Notes: a model not told the origin generated them from the sequence alone. 64,000 nucleotides of DNA from Pseudomonadota bacterium (GCA_043825735.1 JBDRRP010000121.1:1-64000); one strand, 5' to 3'; shown: positions 53,257 to 62,700, counted from the first letter of the stretch. Numbers and translations are program-made.

Positions 53257-54210
53257 TTACCCCACTGTCCTGAGAAACGCGGTGAAGCGTTTTTGCCGAA
53301 TGACCGGCGGCGATGGGGCGGGAGCGCCGCCGATCCATCCTGAAACCTCGGCCATACGCTCGGCCGGATCAGGATGGGTGCGTGCAAAATCGGTCCCGCC
53401 AGTCCGCAGCCGTTTTTTCATCTGTGCCAGCATGTCCACCAGGGCGCTGGGGGCGTATCCGATACGCTCCAGTATGGTCACGGCCGCCCTGTCGGCCTCG
53501 GATTCGAACTGACGTGAGTAGCCGGCGTTTACGAGCGTTGTGGTAATATCACCGATGGCGCCCTCGAACGATTTCGTCAATTGCGCCAGGTCGGCGCCCC
53601 CGAGTTGCTTGGCCCCTTCCGTAGCCACAATCGACAGCGCCTCGGTAATCCGCTGTTTGTGGATGGCCTGGAGGCCGTGCCGGTGCTGAACATGCCCGAT
53701 CTCGTGAGCCAGCACCGCGGCAGCGGCATCCTCAGACCGGCAGCAGGCCAGCATGCCGCGTGTCACGAAAACGAGCCCCCCCGGTGCCGCAAATGCATTG
53801 ATATCCGGGCTGTCGAGAACCAGAAAGTGGTAGCCGTTGAAGGTCTCGGGCAGATCCGACGCCTGGGCAAGGGCCTGCCCAAGCGTGTTGAGATAACTGT
53901 TGGCGGCAGGGTCAGGATATGGCGAGTAGCGTTGCAAAATTTGTGCGGAGACAGCCCTGCCGATATAATAGGCCTGCTCTGGGGTGATGTCCTGAAAACT
54001 TCGGGCCACGGCCGAACCGCTTTTTACAATGGCATCGGCCTGCTCCTGGGTGAGAACCCCGGAAGCGGTTCCCAGCGCCGCCCCCACCCGCGAGGCCTCT
54101 TCCATGCCCTGACAACCGGACAGCACCGCCGACAGCGCCCCGGACATCACCACACCGGCGGCGCACCTGCCCATGGTCAACAGAAAGTCCCGTCTGTCGA
54201 TGGTATTCAC
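53257..54210 (-). CDS. M48 family zinc metalloprotease, probable Tat-exported lipoprotein
   Basis: IDRRDFL, lipobox LSGC, NAFAAPGG, HEIGH, YSRQFESEAD, THP. Confidence 0.88.
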   Translation of the reverse strand: MNTIDRRDFLLTMGRCAAGVVMSGALSAVLSGCQGMEEASRVGAALGTASGVLTQEQADAIVKSGSAVARSFQDITPEQAYYIGRAVSAQILQRYSPYPDPAANSYLNTLGQALAQASDLPETFNGYHFLVLDSPDINAFAAPGGLVFVTRGMLACCRSEDAAAAVLAHEIGHVQHRHGLQAIHKQRITEALSIVATEGAKQLGGADLAQLTKSFEGAIGDITTTLVNAGYSRQFESEADRAAVTILERIGYAPSALVDMLAQMKKRLRTGGTDFARTHPDPAERMAEVSGWIGGAPAPSPPVIRQKRFTAFLRTVG

Positions 54211-54704
54211 TGGGCCCCTCCTTTCCCGGCCACGCCCCCTTCTTCAAGAAAGACCAGAATCTGGCGCGGGGCCACGGTGAAGGTCTCCATCCGGTCTACC
54301 CAGGTAAAATCCAGTTCCTGATGCGTTTCCCGGTAACTGGCTTCAACCGATTCGTTAAATCCCTTCCCGGCAAGCGCCACCTCATCACTGCGGGCGGCAA
54401 GTTCTGCATTTTTGGCACCCGCGACAAGGACGATGGACTTGCTGGTCAACGCCGACCCATGGATCCACCCTGTCACCGGCGTACCGGTGACAGACCGCAC
54501 TTGAAACCAGCCGTTACGATTGGAAAGGACGTCCACAGGGTCTGCGTATTTGAGCGTCCCGGCAGGTCTGGCCAGAAAGGACGGGGCCGTACGCAGCATC
54601 CCCTCCCGAACCTGGACGGTCATCCGATTGGGGCTCGTGCCGCCGGCCGAGGCGATAAGAAACACCGCCAGCAGCATTATGATCGTCACCACACGTCGTC
54701 GCAT
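54207..54704 (-). CDS. Secreted SH3b-domain protein
   Basis: Signal peptide, LRTAPS...GWFQV...GWIH, C-terminal ALAGKGFN..VE; SD AAGGAGG; GTGA overlap with the M48 gene. Confidence 0.8.
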   Translation of the reverse strand: MRRRVVTIIMLLAVFLIASAGGTSPNRMTVQVREGMLRTAPSFLARPAGTLKYADPVDVLSNRNGWFQVRSVTGTPVTGWIHGSALTSKSIVLVAGAKNAELAARSDEVALAGKGFNESVEASYRETHQELDFTWVDRMETFTVAPRQILVFLEEGGVAGKGGAQ

Positions 54705-54979
54705 GGTCACCTCCTTTGCAGGGTAAAAAAACAAAACGGCGGGGCCCTTCACATCAAGCTCCCGAAGGTCGGCAGGCATCCTGCTTCGGGCACCCGCAAC
54801 CGGATCTCGGACATGTATATTATACCTGCCGTCAGGTGTAAATGCCAGGTCCCCAAGCGAGGGGTGTTTATGGATGCATTTGGTTTGAACGGGAAGAAAA
54901 GGGAGAAATTGCAGAGCGATGGAAACGACCCGTGACAGAGACGTCCGCACGAACGGTGGCACCGATTTTCAGCTGCCTG

Positions 54980-56524
54980 TTAAAATTGCTTTTTCCCGTC
55001 GATGCGGACAAATGCATCCACCACGGCGGGATCGAATTGGGTGCCGGCACAAGAGGTGATGATGCCCATGATTTTTTCCCGCGGCATCTTCTGCCGGTAG
55101 ACACGATCAGAGGCCATTGCATCGTATGCATCGCAGACCGACAGGATCCGAGCCAGAAACGGAATGTCTTCGCCGCTCAACCCATCGGGATATCCGTTAC
55201 CGTCGAAGCGTTCATGGTGGCTTCGGATGATTTGCTGCTCCCGCTCCCACATCCCCAGATGGCCGACAATGTCTGCCCCGATAACGGGATGCTCCTTGAT
55301 CTTGTCGAACTCTTCCTGGGTCAGGCGGTCGGGTTTAAGCAGGATGTCGTCGCGAATGCCGATTTTCCCGATATCATGAAGCTGTCCGGCAAAATTGAGC
55401 ACATCGAGCTCCTCGGTGGTACATCCGAGTTCCTCTCCCAGAACCAGGGCCAGATCGGTGACTCTATTGGAGTGCTTCTGGGTGTAAGAATCTCGCGCCT
55501 CAACGGCCTTCACAAAGCCGAACAGTGTGGCAAAGAGATTTTCGTAGATATTCTCGTAAAGGGCCAAGTTCTCTATGGCGTTGGCCGCATTCTGGGCCAT
55601 ATACGTCATGTAGAAAAGATCTTTTTCGGTGAACTGTTTAACGTCGGCGAATACGGCGGCCACCAGGATTCCGAACACCTTTTTACGAATTTTGAGCGGC
55701 ACCGCCACAAAGGAAGACATCACCGCCGGCAGATCCACGGTGCCGTTGTTTTGAGACACCAGCAGCGGTATTTCATCTGCCGCGGTCTCCATGACCACGC
55801 GGGCCAGTTTTTTCAGGTCGCGCTCACCCAGCTGGGATCGGGTGGACGAGGTACCATTGCCGCCGCCTTCACCAGGCCGCTTCTTTCCAAAGGTGACCGC
55901 CATCTCCATGGGGTCGGCCATGGCATCGTTGATGATGAAAAACCGCGACTCGTTGGCGTGGGTGATCTCTGTTGCCATTTGGGTGATGCGCTGGAGCACA
56001 CCGGCGCTGCTGCTGATGGATGTGAAATCGGTCATGATCTGGTTGAGGATGTGGAGTTCCTCCACTTTAGCGGTCAGCTCCCCGTTAAGCCGCTCCAGCC
56101 GGGCCTTGCCTTCCACTTCATTTTTCAACAAAAGGTTTTCGGCAAACAGTTTGCGCTCCCTAAGAACCCTGCGCACACACAGCTCCATTTGATTCAAGTT
56201 CACCGGTTTGATAAGAAAATCAACCACGCCGTTTTTAAGCGTCTGAATGGTATTGTCCAGGGATGGATAACCGGTCATGATGATGACCGGCAGGGAATTG
56301 TCTATCCTCCGGATATGCTCCGCCAGTTCGAGACCGTCCATTTCCGGCATATTGATATCCGTAAAGCAACAGTCCACCGATTCCGATTCCAGTAAGTGAA
56401 CCGCCTCCTTGCCATTGGCGGCAGTCACAACGTCATACCCTTTCAGGGCAAAGTACTCTTTGGCTACGTCGATGATACTCTGCTCATCATCAACCAGCAG
56501 GATCTTTTCTCTTTTTACCGCCAT
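54980..56524 (-). CDS. Response regulator (REC)-GAF-HD-GYP c-di-GMP phosphodiesterase
   Basis: LLVDDE, TDINMPEMDG, KP; GAF (VAVPLKIRKKVFGIL); HSNRV, LHDIGK, HHERFDGNGYP. Confidence 0.92.
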   Translation of the reverse strand: MAVKREKILLVDDEQSIIDVAKEYFALKGYDVVTAANGKEAVHLLESESVDCCFTDINMPEMDGLELAEHIRRIDNSLPVIIMTGYPSLDNTIQTLKNGVVDFLIKPVNLNQMELCVRRVLRERKLFAENLLLKNEVEGKARLERLNGELTAKVEELHILNQIMTDFTSISSSAGVLQRITQMATEITHANESRFFIINDAMADPMEMAVTFGKKRPGEGGGNGTSSTRSQLGERDLKKLARVVMETAADEIPLLVSQNNGTVDLPAVMSSFVAVPLKIRKKVFGILVAAVFADVKQFTEKDLFYMTYMAQNAANAIENLALYENIYENLFATLFGFVKAVEARDSYTQKHSNRVTDLALVLGEELGCTTEELDVLNFAGQLHDIGKIGIRDDILLKPDRLTQEEFDKIKEHPVIGADIVGHLGMWEREQQIIRSHHERFDGNGYPDGLSGEDIPFLARILSVCDAYDAMASDRVYRQKMPREKIMGIITSCAGTQFDPAVVDAFVRIDGKKQF

Positions 56525-56750
56525 GGACCTCGTCCGATGCGTTGGGGCCAGTCACCGCCTCCGGTATTGAATCCCTGCATCATGTGCCGGAGGCACGCAG
56601 CTGGCGGGTTGAGAACTTCTGTAAAGATTATATCTGCCGGCGGGCACCAAACTTTAGCATTTTTTATCACGCCGCAGCGGGCGACGCGCCCTTTCAGCGA
56701 TCTTGCAATTGACACCAGACTCAGAGTTATTTAGTGTCCGTCCATAAGTA

Positions 56751-56815
56751 TTTGAAATCCCTTGATCCCGGCCTTCCGCCGTCGCTGCGCTATGGCGGAC
56801 AGGTAGCCGGGATGA
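56751..56815. repeat. REP-like hairpin carrying a ~29-bp inserted module
   Basis: GATCCCGGCCT[TCCGCCGTCGCTGCGCTATGGCGGACAGG]TAGCCGGGATGA versus the empty form at 1614-1638. Confidence 0.75.
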
Positions 56816-56836
56816 AAAAAAAAGGAGATCCGCCTC

Positions 56837-57148
56837 ATGAGTACCGCCATCGACAAGACGTCAGCACCCGGCGCGCACCAGTGGGTGTTTGTCATTGTGC
56901 AGCATCCCGAAAACAACCCTCAGATCGCCGGCCAGCACGATGAAGCGGCCGAAGTGGCCTATATCCCTGCGTATTTCACCCGCGAGGACGCCCAGCAGGG
57001 GCTCCTGCACCTGACGCTGCCCAAATCGTCCCGCTATGAAATTCAGGCGTTCATGTACGATGACCTGTGCGCCCAGGCCCGTGCCGGCAGCTTCCTGGTC
57101 TATCTTGTGGACGCCGACGGGGGGGTTCTGCAGAGATTGGCACCATAA
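56837..57148 (+). CDS. Hypothetical protein (103 aa)
   Basis: SD AGGAG, plausible globular composition and codon use. Confidence 0.65.
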   Translation: MSTAIDKTSAPGAHQWVFVIVQHPENNPQIAGQHDEAAEVAYIPAYFTREDAQQGLLHLTLPKSSRYEIQAFMYDDLCAQARAGSFLVYLVDADGGVLQRLAP

Positions 57149-57180
57149 ATAGCGCGCTATTTATCCGGTTTCGAAAATCC

Positions 57181-57507
57181 TCAAGCCTTGACAAACTCGT
57201 AAAAAGTCTGAAATCACCACAGAGGACGCAGAGAGCGCAGAGATAACTTATTAATTATTCATAATATTCTCTGCGTTCCTCTGCGGTCTCTGTGGTTAAA
57301 AATCACTTTTTACGGTTTCATCAAGCCTTGATAGCCCCGTAAAAAGTCCGAATCTCTCGCAAAGCCGCCGTTCGACAGGCTCACGGCCCTGAGCGAAGTC
57401 GAAGGGCAGCGATCGCAAAGATAACTGATTGATATTATAAATGTTTTTCTTTGCGTTCTTAGCGCCTTTGCGAGAAAATTGCTTTTTCACGGCTTCATCA
57501 AGCCTTG
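57181..57507. mobile_element. Tandem pair of MITE-like cassettes separated by a thrice-repeated TCAAGCCTTG junction
   Basis: TCAAGCCTTG at 57181, 57321 and 57498; each unit has TTGA-N6-CGTAAAAAGT ... CTTTTT(C)ACG-N6-TCAA ends and internal 9-nt arms. Confidence 0.7.
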
Positions 57508-57721
57508 CCATGGACCAAAATCTACTATTTTTGGACGGGCACTTAATAGCGTTAACCGTTTTTTTCTTGACGTTTTTTTAAAATATAATATCTATTAATT
57601 CTCTGAATTATATTTAATGCGCGTGAGGGTGGTGGAATGCATCGCCCGGCATCAGCCGGGCGGCGTTTCACGTGTTCATAGGACGGTTGCTTCGGCAGCG
57701 AAAAGGAAAAGGAGAGTGGTT

Positions 57722-57922
57722 TTGGCTGAAGGCATCGTAAAATGGTTCAGTGACAAGAAAGGGTATGGTTTCATTGAAAGCGCAGAAGGCAAGGATGTAT
57801 TCGTGCACTTTTCTGCCATCAACATGCCGGGATTTAAGACCCTGTCAGAAGGTGACCGCGTCACCTTTGAACTGGAAGAAGGCGACCGCGGCCCGGCGGC
57901 GGCGAACGTCGTCAAAAATTAA
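57722..57922 (+). CDS. csp: Cold-shock protein (CspA family)
   Basis: [42 protein letters not shown] start after SD AGGAG. Confidence 0.95.
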   Translation: MAEGIVKWFSDKKGYGFIESAEGKDVFVHFSAINMPGFKTLSEGDRVTFELEEGDRGPAAANVVKN

Positions 57923-57940
57923 CCCACTGGAACAGCACCA

Positions 57941-57979
57941 ACGCATCCCGCTGGCATTGCCAGTGGGATGCGTTTTTTT
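57941..57979 (+). terminator. Rho-independent terminator after csp
   Basis: ACGCATCCCGCTGGCA/TGCCAGTGGGATGCGT stem plus T7. Confidence 0.8.
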
Positions 57980-57991
57980 GCGGATGATGCC

Positions 57992-59113
57992 ATGGCCGTG
58001 AATGTTCTGTTTATCGAAGCCTTTTCAGGCGGATCCCACGCGGATTTTGTAAACGGTCTGGCCAAGCACTCGCGGCACCACATCGATGTGCTCAGACTGC
58101 CGGCGCGGTTCTGGAAGTGGCGCATGCGCGGAGCGGCCCTCTACCTGGCCCCCCGGATTGAAGATATCACCCGCTATGATGTCATCATGAGCTCAAACAT
58201 GATGAGCCTGTCTGATTTTTGCACTCTCTCAGGCCCGTCCATGCCTCCCGCGATCCTCTATTTTCATGAAAACCAGCTCACCTATCCCCTGCCGCCCGGC
58301 GCGGTCATGGACATGCAGTTCGGATTCACCGACATCACCTCGGCCCTGGCTGCCACGCAGGTCTGTTTTAACTCGGCATTTCACATGCGGCTGTTCTTAG
58401 ACACCCTGCCGGGGTTCATCCGGAAAATGCCTGAATTCCACCCGGATTGGGTGGTAAAGGCCATCCGCCGAAAGTCATCCGTTCACTATCCCGGCGTGGA
58501 TTTAACCGATGCGGGCGATGTGGCCGAACGCTGCCTGCAGGCGCCACCGCTGGTGATCTGGAACCACCGGTGGGAATTTGACAAAAACCCGGATGATTTT
58601 TTTGACGCCTTGATAGAAGTCGCCGGGCGAGGAATCGATTTTCGTCTGGCGATTCTGGGAAAAAATTACCAGAACAGCCCCCATGCCTTTGAAAACGCCC
58701 GCTCGGTGCTGTCGGATCGCATCGTGGCCTATGGCCATGAGCCCTACAAAGAAACCTACCGTCAATGGCTCCGGCAGGGCCATCTTGTGGTCAGTACGGC
58801 CGTCCAGGAAAACTACGGCATCAGCATCATCGAAGCCATCCATGCCGGGTGCCTTCCCCTGCTGCCCCGGCGCCTTTCCTACCCCGAGATACTGCCGGCC
58901 CGATACCATGATGCGTTCATATACGAAGACCAGGGCGATCTCGTGGAAAAGCTCTGCCGTCACCTCGGCGCCGCTGCCACCGCGATGCCGCTTCGGCGTG
59001 CACTGTCGGCGGCCATGACCGCTTATGGGTGGTCGGCCGTCATCGCCGGCTATGACGAAATGCTGGAAACGGTTGCCGCCGCCGGCAATCGCGCCGGGAA
59101 AATTTTCAGATAG
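57992..59113 (+). CDS. DUF3524-domain GT-B glycosyltransferase (GTDC1/QTMAN-like)
   Basis: FSGGSH, PARFWKWRMRG, YFHENQLTYP, FNSAFH, WNHRWEFDKNP, ENYGISIIEA, RLSYPE. Confidence 0.82.
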   Translation: MAVNVLFIEAFSGGSHADFVNGLAKHSRHHIDVLRLPARFWKWRMRGAALYLAPRIEDITRYDVIMSSNMMSLSDFCTLSGPSMPPAILYFHENQLTYPLPPGAVMDMQFGFTDITSALAATQVCFNSAFHMRLFLDTLPGFIRKMPEFHPDWVVKAIRRKSSVHYPGVDLTDAGDVAERCLQAPPLVIWNHRWEFDKNPDDFFDALIEVAGRGIDFRLAILGKNYQNSPHAFENARSVLSDRIVAYGHEPYKETYRQWLRQGHLVVSTAVQENYGISIIEAIHAGCLPLLPRRLSYPEILPARYHDAFIYEDQGDLVEKLCRHLGAAATAMPLRRALSAAMTAYGWSAVIAGYDEMLETVAAAGNRAGKIFR

Positions 59114-59121
59114 CGGGACGT

Positions 59122-59332
59122 CTGATTTCTCTGTAAAAAATCGGAATCTCTCGCAAAGTCGCCAAGTACGCAAAGCTAAATCACATTAATAATTCTGGTT
59201 ATCCACAAAACTCAAGTAACCTCGCCGGTGCATCGCAATCCCCGATGTTTTTGATCACAACGAAGTTCACGAAGGTTTTCTAACCCACTTGTTTTTGGCT
59301 TTCTTCGTGCACTTCGTGGCCTTCGTGGTTCA
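59122..59332. repeat. Partial MITE-like end with CGCAAAG arm, then CACGAAG/CTTCGTG inverted arms
   Basis: CTGTAAAAAATCGGAATCTCTCGCAAAGTCGCCAAGTACGCAAAG; ACGAAGTTCACGAAG...CTTCGTG x3. Confidence 0.75.
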
Positions 59333-59335
59333 CAC

Positions 59336-60307
59336 TCAAGAAACGAGGCGGTGCATTTTGCCCGGAAACCGTCGGCCGTAGAAGGTTTCCAGCCGCCGCG
59401 TGCAGGCGGCCACGGCGGCCATGTCGATGCCGGTGGCAATGCCCAATCCCTGGCAAAGCTGGATGGTGTCTTCGGTGGCGATGTTGCCGGCGGCGCCGTC
59501 CACAAAGGGGCAGCCGCCCATGCCGCCCAGGGCCGTGTCGAACCGGCTCACGCCCCGTTGAAGTGCCGTCATGACATTCACCAGCCCCAGCCCGCGGGTG
59601 TCGTGAAAGTGCAGCCCCAGGGGCAGTGCACCGGCAATAGGGGCGATCTCGGCCAGCAGAGCGTCCACCGTCACCGGTGTCGCCAGGCCGGTGGTGTCGG
59701 CCAGGGACAGAACGTCGACGCCGGCATCCACGTAATCGCGCACCAGCGCCCCCACGAATGCCGGATCGGTGGGACCGTCGACCAGACAGCCGAAGGCGCA
59801 CTGAACGCCGGCAATGACGTGCATCCCGTAATCCCTGGCGGCGATGATCATGCGGCCGGCGGCCGCCCGTGCCTGGGCCAGGTGCATGCCGGCATTTCGC
59901 AGGCCGTGGGATTCGCTGGCGGAAATTGAGACCTCCACCCATTTCGCACCACAATCACCGGCCCGTCGCACCCCGGTCTCATTAAGCACCAGCGCCGAGA
60001 GCGCCACATTGGCAGGTGTTCCCAGCCGATCGAAAAGATTCTCGGCATCGGCCATCTGAGGCACCTTGCCCGGGTGCACGAAGGCGGCGATCTGGATGTG
60101 CCGGCATCCGGCATCCATCAATGCACGGATGGTTTCGACCTTGTCGTCGGTTGGAATGATTCGGGATTCGAACTGAAATCCGTCCCGGGGGCCGACTTCA
60201 ACCAGGATAACCGATGAGGGTATCGTCCCGAACGCCTCGCGGTCGGTGCGACGCGCAGGCGCATTCGGCCCCTGAACCAGCGAGGGGTGATCCAGAGGGC
60301 TATTCAT
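59336..60307 (-). CDS. Hydroxymethylglutaryl-CoA lyase
   Basis: EVGPRDGFQ, VPQMAD, AFGC, LADTTG, LHFHDTRG, GMGGCPF, GNIATED. Confidence 0.92.
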   Translation of the reverse strand: MNSPLDHPSLVQGPNAPARRTDREAFGTIPSSVILVEVGPRDGFQFESRIIPTDDKVETIRALMDAGCRHIQIAAFVHPGKVPQMADAENLFDRLGTPANVALSALVLNETGVRRAGDCGAKWVEVSISASESHGLRNAGMHLAQARAAAGRMIIAARDYGMHVIAGVQCAFGCLVDGPTDPAFVGALVRDYVDAGVDVLSLADTTGLATPVTVDALLAEIAPIAGALPLGLHFHDTRGLGLVNVMTALQRGVSRFDTALGGMGGCPFVDGAAGNIATEDTIQLCQGLGIATGIDMAAVAACTRRLETFYGRRFPGKMHRLVS

Positions 60308-60440
60308 AAAAAAAGTCCGATATAGTATTGACGCCGGCAAACCGGCGGGGATAAGGGACTCCGACACCGGCGGTTCGTTCGGGCTTGCGCTCCCGACCCG
60401 AAAACATCTAATTCGTGTCCATCCAGAAATGGTAGATTGT

Positions 60441-60666
60441 CCTTGGACACCCTGCGCTGCGCGCTGGGCGTCAGGATTAAACCGCGTGGTTCTGGGCAAG
60501 GCCCGAGCAAGTTCTCAACCGGAGCAATAGCCAGCTATTTGTCTTGGAAACCCGGTGCTTCGCACCGGGTTCCAGTCGAACAGCCCGAGGATTGAGAACG
60601 CGCGAGTACGCCGCCCAGGACCAGCCCTTCGCCTGGACCCCTGAGCGAAGCGAAGGGGTTCTAAGG
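60441..60666. repeat. ~225-bp concentric palindromic element (MITE-like or structured RNA)
   Basis: Nested complementary pairs CCTTGGAC/GTTCTAAGG, TGGTTCTGGGC/GCCCAGGACCA, GTTCTCAA/TTGAGAAC, AACCCGGTGC/GCACCGGGTT. Confidence 0.65.
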
Positions 60667-60704
60667 CAAAGATGCCGTTTATGGGTGGACAATAGTTTAT
60701 ATTC

Positions 60705-62003
60705 ATGGATATGCCCCAATCAAGACATTTATCGCCTGCCCGGTGCCCCCGGGATGCCGATGCCCCCTTACGCATCTGCCTGCTCAGCTACCGCAGCAAT
60801 CCCCACAGCGGCGGGCAGGGCGTCTATATCAAAAACCTGAGCCGCGCCCTGAAGCACCTGGGACACCGTGTCGACGTGCTCACCGGCCCGCCCCAGACCC
60901 TGAATGTGGATCCGGACATCAACGTCCACCGCCTTGCCTGTCTGGATCTTTACGACCCCAGCAACCCGTTCCGCATTCCGACGCTCACCGAGCTCTCCGA
61001 CCCGGTCAATCTGATGGAATGGCTGGGTGTGGCGACCATGGGATTTCCCGAACCGTTCACTTTCGGGCTGCGGGCCTGGTCTTTTTTGCGCAAAAACGGG
61101 CACCGCTATGACATCATTCATGACAACCAGAGCCTGTCGTACGGCGTGTGGGCCGCCAGCCGGTCTGTGCCGTCTGTGGCCACCATCCACCACCCCATCA
61201 CCGTAGATCTGCGGATCGCCATGGCCGCGGCAAAACCATTTTGGGAAAAGCTCAAGCAGCTGCGCTGGTACGCCTTCATACCCATGCAAAAACAGGTGGC
61301 GCGTCGGCTGCACCGGATCATCACCGTGTCCGAGTGCGCGCGCCGCGATATCGTAGACGCTTTCGGCATTCGCCAGGAACGCTGCATCACCGTACCCAAC
61401 GGAATCGACACCCAGCTTTTCAGACCCCTGCCCGGCATTCAAAGAGACCCGAACCGAGTGATTGTCACCAACAGCGCCGATACCCCCCTCAAAGGTCTCG
61501 GGCATCTGCTCACCGCCGTTGACCAGCTCCGACGCCAGGGCCGTGCCGTAAAGCTGGTGGTCATCGGTGCCCCGAAAAAAAACGGCGTCATCGAGCGCCA
61601 AGTGCGCAGCCTCGATGTGGGGCGGCTGGTCACGTTTACCGGACGGGTTTCCGACGCCGAGTTGGTTCGGCAATACGCCCGCGCCAGTGTGGCGGTGGTC
61701 CCCTCGGAATACGAGGGTTTCGGTCTGCCGGTGGGCGAGGCCATGGCCTGCGGCGTTCCGGTGGTCAGCAGCACCGGCGGTGCGCTGCCGGAAGTGGTGG
61801 GAGAGGCCGGCGTCCTGGTACCACCCGCCGACCCACAGGCCCTAGCAGCAGCCATCACCCGTCTGCTGGAAGCGCCGGCTCAGGCCGAAGCCCTGGGATG
61901 GGCCGGATATCGCCGCGTGCAGCGGCATTTTTCCTGGGAAGCTGCCGCCCGCAAAACCATCACCGTTTACCGGGAAACCATCGATGCGTACCATCGCCCT
62001 TGA
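60705..62003 (+). CDS. Glycosyltransferase family 4
   Basis: LLSYRSNPHSGGQGVY, HDNQSL, TIHHPI, LKGL, YEGFGLPVGEAMACG. Confidence 0.9.
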   Translation: MDMPQSRHLSPARCPRDADAPLRICLLSYRSNPHSGGQGVYIKNLSRALKHLGHRVDVLTGPPQTLNVDPDINVHRLACLDLYDPSNPFRIPTLTELSDPVNLMEWLGVATMGFPEPFTFGLRAWSFLRKNGHRYDIIHDNQSLSYGVWAASRSVPSVATIHHPITVDLRIAMAAAKPFWEKLKQLRWYAFIPMQKQVARRLHRIITVSECARRDIVDAFGIRQERCITVPNGIDTQLFRPLPGIQRDPNRVIVTNSADTPLKGLGHLLTAVDQLRRQGRAVKLVVIGAPKKNGVIERQVRSLDVGRLVTFTGRVSDAELVRQYARASVAVVPSEYEGFGLPVGEAMACGVPVVSSTGGALPEVVGEAGVLVPPADPQALAAAITRLLEAPAQAEALGWAGYRRVQRHFSWEAAARKTITVYRETIDAYHRP

Positions 62004-62700
62004 GCGTCTGAATCTACCCCCGGGCGTCCGTGTGCTGGACATCGGCTGCGGCAGCGGCCGTCACACCGCCGCCGCCTACGAGCTTCCGGGCTGCCGTGCC
62101 GTCGGCGTGGACATAAACCCCGAGGATCTCGAGGCCGCCCGCGGCCGGCTGCGGTTCCACGACAGCGTCGGGGTCCACGGGGGCGGCTTGTGGGCGCTGG
62201 CCGCCGCCGACAGCCTGGCCCTGCCCTTTGCCGACGGCGCCTTCGATCTCGTCATCTGCTCGGAGGTGCTCGAGCATATTGCCGACCACCGGCGGGCGCT
62301 CACCGAAGCGGTGCGGGTGCTGACGCCCGGCGGACTGTTGGCGGTGAGCGTGCCCCGGTTCTGGCCGGAGGCCCTCTGCTGGCGGCTTTCAGCGACCTAC
62401 GCCGGCACCGCCGGCGGCCACATCCGCATCTATACGCACCGAAAACTGCTGTTGCTGCTCGGTGAGACCGGCGTCACCCCTTTCGCCCGCCACTGGGCGC
62501 ACGCCCTCCACAGCCCCTACTGGTGGCTCAAATGCCTGGTGGGCCCCCACCGGGAAAACTGCGCGCCGGTCAAGCTCTACCACCGCCTACTCACCTGGGA
62601 CATGATGAAAAAACCGGCCATCACCCGATGGACCGAGCGCCTGCTCAACCCGGTGATGGGAAAAAGCCTTGTCGTCTACGGACGGAAACCGGCGCAATAG
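61984..62700 (+). CDS. Class I SAM-dependent methyltransferase
   Basis: VLDIGCGSGRH, LPFADGAFDLVICSEVLEH, HALHSPYWWLKC; overlaps the GT4 gene. Confidence 0.9.
   Translation: MRTIALERLNLPPGVRVLDIGCGSGRHTAAAYELPGCRAVGVDINPEDLEAARGRLRFHDSVGVHGGGLWALAAADSLALPFADGAFDLVICSEVLEHIADHRRALTEAVRVLTPGGLLAVSVPRFWPEALCWRLSATYAGTAGGHIRIYTHRKLLLLLGETGVTPFARHWAHALHSPYWWLKCLVGPHRENCAPVKLYHRLLTWDMMKKPAITRWTERLLNPVMGKSLVVYGRKPAQ

Noticed and set aside
57181..57507. Possible CRISPR or integron array
   Set aside because: Repeat is only 10 bp, units are 140-177 bp with palindromic ends, and there are no cas/intI genes or attC consensus; kept as a MITE-like cassette finding
57567..57589. TTGACG...TATAAT promoter for csp
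   Set aside because: Spacing is only 11 nt; a promoter is likely in this AT-rich stretch but the boxes cannot be assigned
60329..60400. c-di-GMP-I riboswitch suggested by GGCAAACC
   Set aside because: No GAAA tetraloop/receptor or GCAAA-type downstream consensus
60441..60666. 6S RNA, SRP RNA or tmRNA
   Set aside because: Diagnostic motifs not found by eye; left as an unassigned structured element
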